Source of the DNA: Haplodiscus bocki
Taxonomy: Eukaryota
DNA: 64,000 bases
NCBI GenBank assembly: GCA_965655095.1
Contig: OZ296658.1
Location: forward strand, 76,384,001 to 76,448,000
Direction: 5' to 3'
In this document: positions 14,004 through 25,600 of the stretch, piece after piece
Layout of the letters: the number at the start of each line of letters is the position of its first letter
How positions within the stretch are numbered: the first letter of the stretch is position 1
Program-made: the position numbers and the translations under genes
Notes under the pieces: generated by a model
Database searches by the model: none
Told to the model about the DNA's origin: nothing
What the model saw: only the letters and a program-made list of their open reading frames with translations

Positions 14004-15785
14004 CCCGGGTCGAACTTTTTCGGGAAAACGCCGCTATTTTTCCGGTATAGTGGCGTAAACGCCGCTAACGCCGTTAACTTACAAGCAAAACGCCGTTAAC
14101 GCTTTAATACCGACAAAAAACGCCGTTAACGTCGTTAGCGTTCCGGTTGAACGCCGTTAACGCTGTTATACCAGAAAAACTTCTGTCTACAAAAAATCTG
14201 ATTTTCTCACTCCATGAAGAATTAGAAACTCATGGTCAATCATTTATTTGACAAAGGATTACGAAGCTTTCAGAGCATATTTCCTCAAAAGTGTGAGAGA
14301 ACTGCAGGGGACTGGAGTCTGCCTGAACGCGGCGGCATTGGTAGTGTCATTGAACTTGCCATGGCCAAACAAGTTTACCAAAAAATTAATCATTTTACGA
14401 CTTGACTAGTTGGAGTCTTGCAGAAGTTTTGAGTTTTAACCTGGAGACTTCTCTCAAAAAATTTTTAGTTTATTAATTCCTGGTTACAAGTTCCATCTTC
14501 AGTGGTTACCTTTGAGGTTTTGTGGTTCCTTTGTTTTGTTTCTCTATTTCCAAACGCGAAAGTTTTGAGTTTTTAGGCTGGAAGAATCAAACGCTTATTA
14601 GGTGAAACCAATGTTTTCAAGGACCTTCATTTTTTTCTATTTTTCTTTGTAATGGTGGAGCTCTGGATCTGTTCCGGCGCGTGGTAGACCTTTCAGTGTC
14701 ATTGATCTTGTCACGACCAGCGACATAAAAGTGAGTACATAAAACTTGAGCATGTCAAGACTTGAATTCTTAATTCTGGTTTTGCAAAGTTCCAACCGTT
14801 TAGATCTGATTTTCCTTTTTTAAAGTTTCCGCTAGTTTGACTCTTACTGTCTACGAGGTCCGTGATCAATTGATGCTTTTAGAGTCCCTAGGTTTTTTTG
14901 AAAGGTCCAGACCATGCCATGACTCCATAAAAGTTGGACATATCAGGACTTGCCTTCTTAGCTCTAGTCTTGCCAAAGTCCAAGTTCAACAGTTTTAATC
15001 TGAATGCTTTTTTCAATTTTTCTTCTGTTTGTTTCTTCCGGGTGACAAGGTCCATCGTCAATAGCTGCTTTAAGGGCTGTGTTGCACGGGGTTGTTTGGT
15101 CTAGGCTAGAAATGTATTTTATTTTTTTTTTCGTCTGAAATCTTCAAACTGCTTTCCCGTTAAAACCCATGTTTTCGAAAGGCCCTTCATTCTATTTATT
15201 TTTGTTTGTAATTATGGGGCTTTAAATTTGCGCCTGCGCGTGGTAGCCTTGCTAGCGTCAGTGACCATGTCATTACCAACCAAGAATACATCAAAGTTGA
15301 ACATGTCAGGACTTGGTTTCTTAGTTCAGTTGCGCAAAGTTCCAACTGTTTTGATCTGAATGGTTTTTTTAAAGTCTTGTTTAGTTTAATTCGCTTTATT
15401 TACAGAGGACATGTTAATTTGTTGCTTTCAGAAACCTTGCGTTTAACTATTTTTCCGGTTAAACGCCGTTAACGCCTTTATACTGACAAAAAACGCCGTT
15501 AACGCCGCTTTTTTCCGGTTAAACGCCGTTAACGCAGCTATTTTTCCGGTTAAACGCCGTTAACGCCTTTATAATGACAAAAAACGCCGTTAACGCCGCT
15601 TTTTCTCCGGTTAAACGCCGTTAACGCCGCTATTTCTCCGGTTAAACGCCGTTAACGCCGCTTTTTTTACGGTTCAACGCCGTCAACGCCGCTATTTTTA
15701 AGGTTAATAACGGCTTCTGTGGCTAATTTTGACCGCCGTTAACGCTCTTTTACCGGAAAAAACTCGGCCATTATTTCGACCCGGG
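14004..15785. mobile_element. Non-autonomous CACTA/CMC-like DNA transposon (CCC...GGG ends, 2-bp TSD, subterminal repeat arrays)
   Basis: Perfect 11-bp TIR CCCGGGTCGAA (14004-14014) / TTCGACCCGGG (15775-15785), flanked by CA on both sides. Arrays of AACGCCGTTAACGCC at 14027-14170 and 15445-15745. Internal duplication (~14600-14900 vs ~15165-15440). No ORF. Confidence 0.7.
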
Positions 15786-15894
15786 CACAAGCGAGCCACA
15801 ACATTGAAGTCTGTTTTTTGTTGGACGAACTAGAAAGAAAAGGACACCGTGACAGTAGGGACTTGAACCAGAAGACTTGGATTGCGTGCCAGCT

Positions 15895-16094
15895 NNNNNN
15901 NNNNNNNNNNNNNNNNNNNNNNNNNNNNNNNNNNNNNNNNNNNNNNNNNNNNNNNNNNNNNNNNNNNNNNNNNNNNNNNNNNNNNNNNNNNNNNNNNNNN
16001 NNNNNNNNNNNNNNNNNNNNNNNNNNNNNNNNNNNNNNNNNNNNNNNNNNNNNNNNNNNNNNNNNNNNNNNNNNNNNNNNNNNNNNNNNNNNNN
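15895..16094. other. Assembly gap (200 N)
   Basis: Run of N. Confidence 1.
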
Positions 16095-16352
16095 CGGAAC
16101 ACGTACGGAACAAATATTCACTCCCAGAGTCAATACACTTGAAATTAGTCAATCTACGTACAGCATCAATTTAATTTTAACTTGAAATTAAACTGCACTT
16201 CTAGTAATCAAATATTGTTCGACTTCGTTGCAAAAAAGGTGGATTTATATTTAATAATTAAGTAATGATATTAATATAAATATGGCACCTCTTCTAATAA
16301 TAATGCTCTGTGAATACTCGTTTGTTCCGTAGCGGTTCCGTCCTAGTCCGGA
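16095..16352 (-). repeat. 3' terminal repeat (LTR-like) of Gypsy element 1, truncated by the gap
   Basis: cggaacacgtacggaacaaatattcactc...gttccgtcctagtccgga matches 30033-30289 at roughly 80% by eye. Confidence 0.8.
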
Positions 16353-16494
16353 TCAATTTGGTTCCGTATAATTACGTAACCATATTTATGTGCGTTGTTA
16401 AAGATACGTATTATATACGTATCCGTATATATGCACAACAGTTAAAATACATAATAGAGTTATATTAAGAGTTCAGTCAATGTTTGAGTTTCTT

Positions 16495-17185
16495 CTAAGC
16501 ATTGGGTGGCTTTCCTTGAGGTAAGGGTTGGCCGCATGCCTCGCAGGTGTGCTGCGACACTCTCTTTTTTTGAGGAAAAGACATCCCCATGCTTAGTCTT
16601 CTCGTCTGTCGCGGTGGAGGTGGTGGAGTAGAAGAAGGGCTCGAGGCGACAGACACATTTCTTGGCTCGTTAGACTCGAAGGTGTCGCTCGACGAAATAT
16701 CCCAGTAGACTCTTCTGGGCTCATCATCTGTATAAAATGTGTCATTGTCAGTCGTAGTATGCGTTGTGTCCCACCCTTCAATAGTACTGACGTTCATCGG
16801 AGGCGTTGAGATTGGGGATGGGATGGTTGGCTTCGGTGACTGGGGGCTGTATTCATCATCCACTCGGTTTGCGGCCATCGTTGCCAGTACATTGAAGGGA
16901 TTGGGCGGCAGATTGAAGTCGTTGAGGCTTGGCGGAACTATTGGTTGTTGATTGCCAGACCCATAGGGCTTTGTGGAGTCATTCGAGTCAGTCCAGCGTC
17001 ACAATTCGTGGTTCCGGGGAGGCGACAAAGGAGATTGTGACGACCCCTCTTTCCATAGCTCCGGATATCTCCGTCGAATTTAGGATCGCAGAATTAATAT
17101 TTCGGACTGGGCTGCCTTCTGTTGATGTTTGTTCCACGTTAAAAACATCAGACTCTGTGGAGCAGGAGTCCAGAGATATATTCAT
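16495..17185 (-). pseudogene. Second accessory ORF of Gypsy element 1 (Ser/Pro/Thr-rich, C-terminal CxxC), sense to gag-pol, disrupted
   Basis: Track ORFs 16988-17302 (from MNISLDS) and 16495-16878 are collinear and of similar low-complexity composition; ends HTCEACGQPLPQGKPPNA just before the 3' terminal repeat. Confidence 0.5.
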
Positions 17186-17619
17186 AATGATGATTTGTTT
17201 GGAGTTTTGTAAATATGAGAAAATTAGAGATAAGGTTTGAGCTGCTGATATCAACGAAGCGACTGTAAAAAGTGATGACTTAAATAAGAAGTCAGTCGGC
17301 ATCCGTCGCCAAGTGGGAGATTCTTTGAAGTTCCCGCGGTATCACTCTAACTGCTTAAGTCGAATATTTGGCGGTATAACAGGAATTGATAACTTGTAAA
17401 CAAATCAAGGAGTGAGTTTGAGAATGAGGAAAATTTGAGTTTATTTCCTCAAAGTATTCTTGAAAATATGATGGTGATGATGATGATCACGATGACGTCA
17501 TTGCTGGCAGACAAATCGGTCATGATAAAAATTAAGATAATAATGATTTTCATGTATGAACTTATGAATCCACCATGTAATAACTTATTAGCCACGTTCT
17601 TCGAAACAATTCGTGAAGT

Positions 17620-20600
17620 ATGTCCAAAGACAGTGTTATCTTCCTAGCGGAGATCAATTCGTTCCTGGTGGACAATTAATCAGCTGTTCAAGCTGCTGTT
17701 TCCTCTTCCCCTTTTGTTGTCCCCGAAGAAAATGTTACTGGAGAGAGAGGCGAGGAGAGTCCTGTGGGAGGTCTGGAGGGACAAATTGAAGTAGGCGGTG
17801 TGTGCGGGACCGAGGCGGGCACTGAAGCTGATGCGGAGGACGAGGATGAGGACGTCGATGTTATTGGTGGCGTGGAAGAATTTGGGATTTCTGGGTATGA
17901 ATCTGAGGGATTCACGCTCTCAGAGATCCTTCGCCGCAAGAGACTTGAGAAGAATGCGTCCGTGGGTGTCATTGACGCCGCTCACCTTCCACAATGTGAG
18001 TTTTCAAATCTTCATCGATTACCATTAGCCTTGTTTAGAATTTCTTTGCTCGCCAGTCAATGAATTCTATTTGGGCTAGTTTTGCTACGCGCGCACTCAA
18101 GTGTGAAGATGACTTCGTGAGGCTGTTGTGTTTCAGTGTACAATCGCTCAAGAGAACCAGTGGTTCATTTTGGTGAGCCTGAATTGCCTCGGGCAGACGT
18201 GTCTGGGTCCGAGTTTGAGGTTGGCGCGCCGACTTCAGAAGAGGAAGCCGAGAGAAAGAAGAGTCAGACAAAACGCGCTCCGAAGAGTCCTCTCACGGCT
18301 GTTCTTGAGAGTTGGTTGCTCTCTATTCTACATTGCAAGTTTTTGTCATATCAGTGGCTCATTCCCTGTTTATTTCTGGGTGATGCCGAGACGATTCCGG
18401 GAGTATCCGGAAATAAAGAAGTGTCGACTGGCGTGGAGACTGATGGGCAGTTGAGCGGGCGTCAAATTATTGTTACCAGGAGCCTGGTACCGTTGGCTGG
18501 GTGCCCCAGCATGATGTCCCTGAGCCTGTCCACAGTCGAGGTCGAAGCAGGGAGCTGTTAGAGCGGGCGTTTGATGATGGTAATTCTTGTGCTTGAATGA
18601 GGAATTTACTAATATTGTTCCAAGTTGGCTCCAAGTTTTTACCATGTTTCTTTCTTTTGCAGATCAGTTCGTGACCGATCCCCCTGCCACTGTAATTCGT
18701 GCCACTGGGCATCAAATGGTGTCCTTGTATCGCTCCGTTTGCGAGGAGGAGAAGGCTCAGTTGCTGTCTCCTTCGATGAACAGTTAGTATTTTTCCGCCT
18801 TTTTGTGTTCAGTAGTATTGTCTCAGTCCATATTTTGCGTTTTTCTGTTGGTAGAGCTGAATGAAGTGCTGGACCGACTATAACAGGGACCCTCACAGAG
18901 TCCGCTGAGAATTGAGACGTCGGACAGCAGCGGAGACGAGACAGATGCAAGTCCGGGGCGCCGGAAAGTTCTGTCGAAGAAAACTTAACGGATGAAGAAG
19001 GTTTACGCGGCAACGGAGCTTGGCAGGATTTTGTGACAGGGCCATTAGATGCTGTCAATATGCCAAGCCACTTTTTTTGTCGGTTGTGCCGAAAGAATGT
19101 GTCCGTGCTCACACATGGGCACCATGAAGTATTGCGGCATTTTCAGGGGCGTTGTCACTTTGCCCGTGACCAGCGTTTGCGTCTTGAAACACCTGGGTGA
19201 CGCATGCTGGATTTTCAAGGAAATTCCTTGACTGAAGATGAGCTGGAGCGGCAGAGGGAGAAGATTCAGAAGGTTCCTCTTGTAGTACGGGATCGCGAGC
19301 ATCCGTTTGCAGAGGACTTGATCTCTGACGAAGCTGGTGTGATCGACCCTCAGTTGCCAGTCCTGACGAAGGTGTACTGCCTGGTAGGTGGGTTGAAGAT
19401 GGGAGGCAGCTACGGGCTCATCGAGAAACTGTGGGCGCAGTTTGTGCTAACCGCCGGGCCAGTGAACCGTGAAGTCGCGTGGACACGAGATGAAGTTTTG
19501 GTAGGTTCCGTAGATTTCCGGAACCCCTGCGTCTCATTACTGATTCACATTGTTGTTTTGCGTTTAGTCAATCATCCTTACTGGAATTCTGCCCCGAAAT
19601 TTGTCACGAGTTGTTGGGTGGGCAAAGGCTCATCATTTCTATGGCTTTGAATTTGAAAAGCGTGGCGATTCACTGTGGGCCTTCATGAGAACGTGGGAGA
19701 AGGGCACTTTCCGTCGGGTCGCTGTGGATGTTGTCGACCGTTTTACAGTTGATGCAACCCACGATGTAGCAGTGCTAGGGTCAGTTGTGTCTGCAGTTGG
19801 TAGTTCGGCGTCCCTTGTTGCCATTTCTGGCGGGTCGCATGTGCTGGCTGACCCGTACAAGGAGTATTTGGGAAGTGGGTACTCGCACAAGCTGGTGGAG
19901 TATCCCATTTTTGATCTGCGTCTCCTGAAGCGTTGTTTGCAGAAGGTGTCATCTTCCGTTTTTGGGTCTTTGGATCCGTTCCTTATGACGGAATTCATCG
20001 TCACGCGCCTGAAGGGTGCCGAACATCGTGATTGGATGATGTCCCGATCCAGTCTTCGCCGTACCATCATCACCGGAGAGCTGTCAATGCCGTCTCTTGT
20101 TGAAGTCGTCAGCAACATTGTGGGGGTATGGCCCCTCATCGTGGTGTACCTCAAAGAGACTGGTCGAAAAACTGATGGCGACAACTTAGTGGTATAATTC
20201 ATTCTGCACGTTTTATTTCATTTGGAGTTTCCACTCCTTCATCTTGCTGTTTTCTTTTTAGAAGAAGGGAATCGATGGCTATTTCTACATCGATCAGATG
20301 GCCCGCAGCAAATTCCGTCTGTTCCACTTGATTCTCAAGATCTGTAAGTCCAACTTCTTGCACTTTCCCCATCTAATTCACGTTGGTACGTATACATTCC
20401 GGTAAATTTGATAGGGGATTCTGGGAAACTTGTGGCAGTGTTCCTAGTTTCCTCATTTTGGGACACTTGGGTAGTTCGTGGAGTTTCCACTTTTATACCC
20501 GTGTGGCATTGTCTGGGCGTCTCCTTGGGTTGTTTTGGGGACTCCTGTGGACTGCTGAGTTTTTTTCAGTGTGTAGTTCCCACTCATGATGAACTAGGAA

Positions 20601-22121
20601 TTTCTAGTAGCACTGCTAGTTGGCTCCTGAACTCCACGGGTCGAACTAGGAAATTTGGGTATCACTCCTAGTTCGATCCTCATTTGGTAGTCTGCTTTTG
20701 GGAAGGGAGGGTCCAATTGTCATTATCTCGTCTCACCTGTCTCTGTTGTTTCAGTTGCACATAACTTAACCGAACTGAACTCTGGGCGGACTGACTATGG
20801 CTACTTGGCATTCGGTGAACTCTCGCGCTTTGTGTATTTTCTCTTGCAGAAGGTGAAGCGGAGTAGTGATTTGCCCGTGATTGAAAAGGGGGAAGCGTAC
20901 ATGCTTCCAAATCATTCGTGTTTTGGGGCAATTCCTGAGGAGCTTTTCCTGGAACGGACCCGTGTGTTATTATCCCTTAAGAAAATCAACAGCAGCTTCC
21001 TCCGCAAAGAGTTCCGTAGGGACCGTATGGACTGTCGTTGTTTCCGTGAGGATCTCGTGAGCACCATCCTCTCGACAGTTGCTGCGCGTTCTCCAATTGG
21101 CCAGGGTCTCAGTTGTTTCTGCCCGGAGATTGTGATTGGGAGCGACGACTATTCCGCTTTCCATCTCTTTGGGCAATTGTTGGATTGGCTGCTTGAACTT
21201 GGCTGGGTCAGAGGATCAGAGGTCGAGCCTGCAAAGGCCGAATTCCACTCTTTTGTGCGTGAGCAGCGACAGGTGGAAACAAGCAGCAGCAGGTCTCGTG
21301 CTCCGATCAACAGCGTGTTTTCCATCTGCAATCAGCCCCGTTTCCGTTCTCGGCGGAATTCGCACAAAGTTGGTATTAGTTTTTTAAGGTCATCTCGTTG
21401 TTGTCATGATCTAACACATGTGCTGTTTTAGATTTTTCACTTGGCAGCACTAATGGTGAAGGGTCCTTCGGAGTTGCATCCCGTCTTCACTGTGTCGCTG
21501 GATGCGGCTGCAATTGACCATGAGAAGGTGAAGGGGGTGGTGGCGTGTGTACAGGAATTTGTGCGTCATCCCTTGTTTACACAGAGAAGTTTTTTCTCTG
21601 AAACTGGGATCAGCATGCTAAACACTGCTGTCGCTGCCGCAGATGCTGTCCGAAACAGTGCTAGATTTGACCCTTGGGGAGCTATTGGTGTCGAAGCTGG
21701 CCCCGTTATTGCTGATTTAAAGTCTTGCCGCGAGAAGATTTCGTCCCCGAGGAAGGCGGTTAAGGATACACGGGAGCGGTGGTTCAGTGTTGAAACCGTT
21801 GCCTCATCAGCTGTCGGTGAGAGTGCGCCCCGAACAACTGTACGCAACTCTGATGTTGTTGAGGTGGGGGACGTGCAGTAAGTGGCGGAGCATGAGAAGC
21901 TTGGTCTCCCTTGTTGTAGTCGGTCAAGTCCCGGGAAAGGCAAAAAGAGGCAACCGTAAGTGAGTCCTGGTGTCTCAAAAAAACAGTTTTCTGTTTCCAA
22001 CCCGTCTGTTAGCCGTCCCTCATTCGAGTCTGCTCTTGAGAAAAGTTTTGAGAGTTCGGGGGCGAAGAGAAGTGGTCGCGATCGCCGTAATGCCCCAGTA
22101 TTCCAAGGGGGATACCAGTAA
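17620..22121 (+). pseudogene. Intron-containing accessory gene, antisense to gag-pol, inside Gypsy element 1 (~1,200 codons; C2H2 BED/hAT-like zinc finger); exons ~17620-17995, 18137-18579, 18663-18782, 18855-19500, 19568-20191, 20262-20385, 20755-21368, 21432-22121
   Basis: Seven GT...AG introns with pyrimidine tracts join the separate track ORFs (17764, 18136, 18587, 19204, 19601, 20805, 21441 frames) in phase. Contains the motif FCRLCRKNVSVLTHGHHEVLRHFQGRCH. About six point-stops and two 1-nt frameshifts show recent decay. Confidence 0.75.
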
Positions 22122-22614
22122 CAATTTAACTGTATATTTGTATAAACTTCTCACATTTAGAATTTTAGTAATAGTCTGAATTTATTTAGCATAGCCGTCT
22201 TTTGCATGGGTGAAATGAGTAGGAGATGTGTTGCCGTCCAGGAATTAACCTCGCACTACTGGGAGTACCCGTATGTATTCCGTAGTGTTTCCGGATACAA
22301 AACTTTGGTGAATTTTCTGGAATGGTTCCGGAATGGTCCCGGAATCAAATTTTGGTTGATTTTCCTGAATGATAACGGAATGGTTCCGGAAACGTTCCAT
22401 GTATCGTCTGAGGATATATTGGTGTAATTTGATAAGGATCCGATTCCCAGTCGCTTTAAGTGCCAAAATTTGTGTTACTCTGTCCGTAGTGCTCAGTAGT
22501 TACTTCGGGGGGCCATGTAAGTGCTTGAAAGAATATGTCGGCTTTCCGCATGGCGCATTCCTGGGGTTTCTGGAAAATGTACGTATGCGTTCCGTAGACA
22601 GTTGCTTGACAGAG

Positions 22615-25600
22615 TCAATATCTGTAATCGTCGATGCAATTTGGCCTTGGGTTATGGCGTAGATCGCATTTTGAGCTGCGGGGGTTGGTAGGCATAGGGT
22701 CAAGTTGCTCTGCACTCTTATCCGCATCAGGCTGCGTGTCGTGATCCACGTTTCTTTCGTCATATGATCCATCTGGCTGAGGGGTATTTCCTGGGGAAGT
22801 TTCTCGTATGATTCCCGGCGTGCTCCTCGTTTCATCAGTTGCCTGTTTGGATCGTAATGTAAGTTCGGGTGGACTGGGTGTTGTCAAACTATTGTAATCG
22901 CTGTCAAATTTTGGCTCGTCATATTCACACTCCCACGCCCTGGCATATATATCATCAAGTGTAATGACAACTTCCGGGTCTGGTTGCCACTCACGTTGTC
23001 TGACTGGTATGTCTGATATCAGTTGGCGGGGTGTGAATTGTCGCAGCCTCATTCGATGTAGAATTTGCGTTCTGTTAGTGCCGATTTTGCGTACCAAAAA
23101 ATTTTCGTTGGGTCACACCTTTTCAATAATATATGGCCCGATCCAGCGGAAGTCCGTAAAAGGAATATTACTCCCTTGGTGATCTGCTTTCGGCTGTAAT
23201 ATAAAGACGTAATCGGCTTGTTTGAGTTTTGAGGCGTTTGCTTCCCTATCATAAGACGCTTTGTATTTGATTTATGCTTGCATGGCATTTTTGCGGACGT
23301 CCTGGAAAATTGTTTCTGTTTGTTCAGACACATCTTGGGCAATCTGCGAGTGTGGAGGGGGATTTTTCTGTGGACGAATACCTATTTTTAAATCAAGGAT
23401 ATTATAAGGAATACGTCCATGAAATACTCTGCTCGGCTCACAGCCGATACTCGCTTGATAAGATGTGTTGTAATTAAGGACCGCAATACTGACGTATTTG
23501 TGCCACAGTGATCTCCGCTCGCCTGTCTCAATCTTAAATGCTTGACTGATTGACGCGTGAGGTCGTTCAAGTAGTCCAGTTGTTTGAGCGTGCTTGGTGG
23601 TGGCGTGCTTTAAAGTAATGCCAAGGACGCCGGCCACTTCTTTAAATACATTTGAAGTAAAGGCTGTACCTTTATCTGAGATGAGTGTTGTGGGTAGGTA
23701 GGCGTGCTGAGTCATGATGTTAATTAGCACTTGAGCGACTGTTTTGGGGTCCTGATTTGATGTCGGGTATGCGAATAAATAGCGGAAAAACACATCAATG
23801 GCTGTCACAATGTTTTCATAGCCACCAGATGGCGGTAATCCCGGTACCAAATCAATCTGCATGACATCTTCTGGCGCAGTATTATACTCATTCGGGTTTT
23901 GCAGCGGAGGGCGGCTTAGTCGGGGATTAATCCGTGCTTCTCTAAAGCATTGTCCACATGACAAAACCCACTCCCTTATTAGTTTAGCCATATTTGGATA
24001 ATAATATTTTTGTCTGTATGCGATTATCGTCTTGGTAATTCCAGGATGTTTACCAAATTCTCTGTGGAGATTCCGGAGTACTTCGTTAACAAGCTGCTTC
24101 GGTATGAGAATTTGGTAGTATTTGACGCTGCCAGTTTCTCCGTAGTATTTCCGGAATAGGAGTCCATCTTTGAGGATAATGCGATCCTCATTTGCTTTGT
24201 AATGTGTGTATCGTCTATCCGTTGCTAATAGCACATTATCGTGTGGTTGGCCAAGTATTTTGAGTTTGAGGTTCTTCAATACTAGATCGGCATCTTGCTC
24301 TACTCGTATTCGTGCGCTTGCTTTAATTCCGTTGATGGAGTACGACGTAGTATTTCCGTCTATCTTTGTAAATTCTTTGATGCTTGGCTTCAATGAGGAT
24401 AGTTCCTGGTTTATTACCCATTCTGCTGCATTTTTCTGAGATTGTTCTTTCCTTTGTAGGATTTGTTCTTCAGTTTCATCTTGACTATCTGGTTGCGTGA
24501 AGAAGAATTGTTCTTCATCTGCGACATCTGAGGAAGATGTTGAAACCTCTATGGGTGTTGTTTGGACATCTTCTCGGATTTTGAGATGGATCTTTTCCGT
24601 AACTTGCAGATCCAACCTTGAGTGAAAGTCAGCCGCTGTGTTAACTGAACCAGCGATATGTGCTATTTTAAAGTTGAACAGGAGCACATAATCACATGCG
24701 TTCCACAAGGATGGTGGAATGGCTTTCGTCTGGAAAAACGGGGTAACTGATTTGTTGTCCGTCAATACAATCGTCGGTTTTGATGTGTCCCACGGAATGT
24801 GCGCAAATTCAAGAAATGCCATGTACATTGCCAAAAATTCCTTCGAGTAAATTGACATCTCAAGCCGTGCGAGGGAAAAGACTTTTGATCCAAACGCGAC
24901 TGGTACATACGTTTTTCTTTCTGATTGGATTTTTTGATCCGGTTTGTCTTCAATCATAAGAGCATAGCCTGCACTCCTGAAACTTGCATCGGTCATTAAG
25001 ACTAACTGTTTTCCAGGAATGGGTTGCTCAAGTGCCAATTGACACGCATCACTCAGTGCTTTGTTGACTGAATCGAAGGTTTCTTTTAATTCTGAGGTGA
25101 TGTTGACTGGGACTTCTGCTTTCAAAAGTTTATAGAATGGGTTGAGCTTTTCAGCCCTTCTGGGAATTTAATTTCTGTAGTAATTTACGAAGCCCAGATA
25201 GCGCTGCAAAGCCTTCTTGGATTTGGGGAATCTCAATTTGTTTAAAAAGTTTTGAATTTTATGAGATTGTGGTAATACTCCCTCGGAGGAAATGGTTCTG
25301 CCTAGGAATTCAACCTATTTGACTCCAAAAAGGCACTTTTCAAATGTCAGCTTCGATCCTGCTTGGCGAATGCACTTGAAGACTGCGCGAATGTTCCTGG
25401 TAAGATCCGTAGCATCATTGGCTGCAATTCCGGTGTCATCCACGTATTGAGCACATTGGTCAGCTTTGACAATGGGTCCAAGTACTCGCGCATGAAACTC
25501 AAAAAAGCAGACACAGATCTGCTAAGACCTTGTGCAAGTCTTCTGTAGGCAAAAGTTCTGCTAGCAAAATTGAATGCAAGCATTTCCACTGAGCGTTGGT

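Noticed and set aside
15445-15760. Regular AACGCCGTTAACGCC repeats that could be mistaken for a CRISPR array
   Set aside because: Spacers are themselves repetitive and short, the context is eukaryotic, and there are no cas genes; these are subterminal repeats of a TIR element.
15739-16185. Six ORFs spanning the N run
   Set aside because: Artefacts of the assembly gap.
18311-18379. Possible extra 69-nt intron in the cargo gene (GTTGGT...TTTCTGG)
   Set aside because: The acceptor reads TGG rather than TAG and the segment reads through in frame, so it cannot be called without other copies.
19639-20202. 187-aa minus-strand ORF and other minus ORFs (17688, 18639, 21566) over the cargo gene
   Set aside because: Splice signals and the zinc finger are on the plus strand; these are best explained as antisense shadows.
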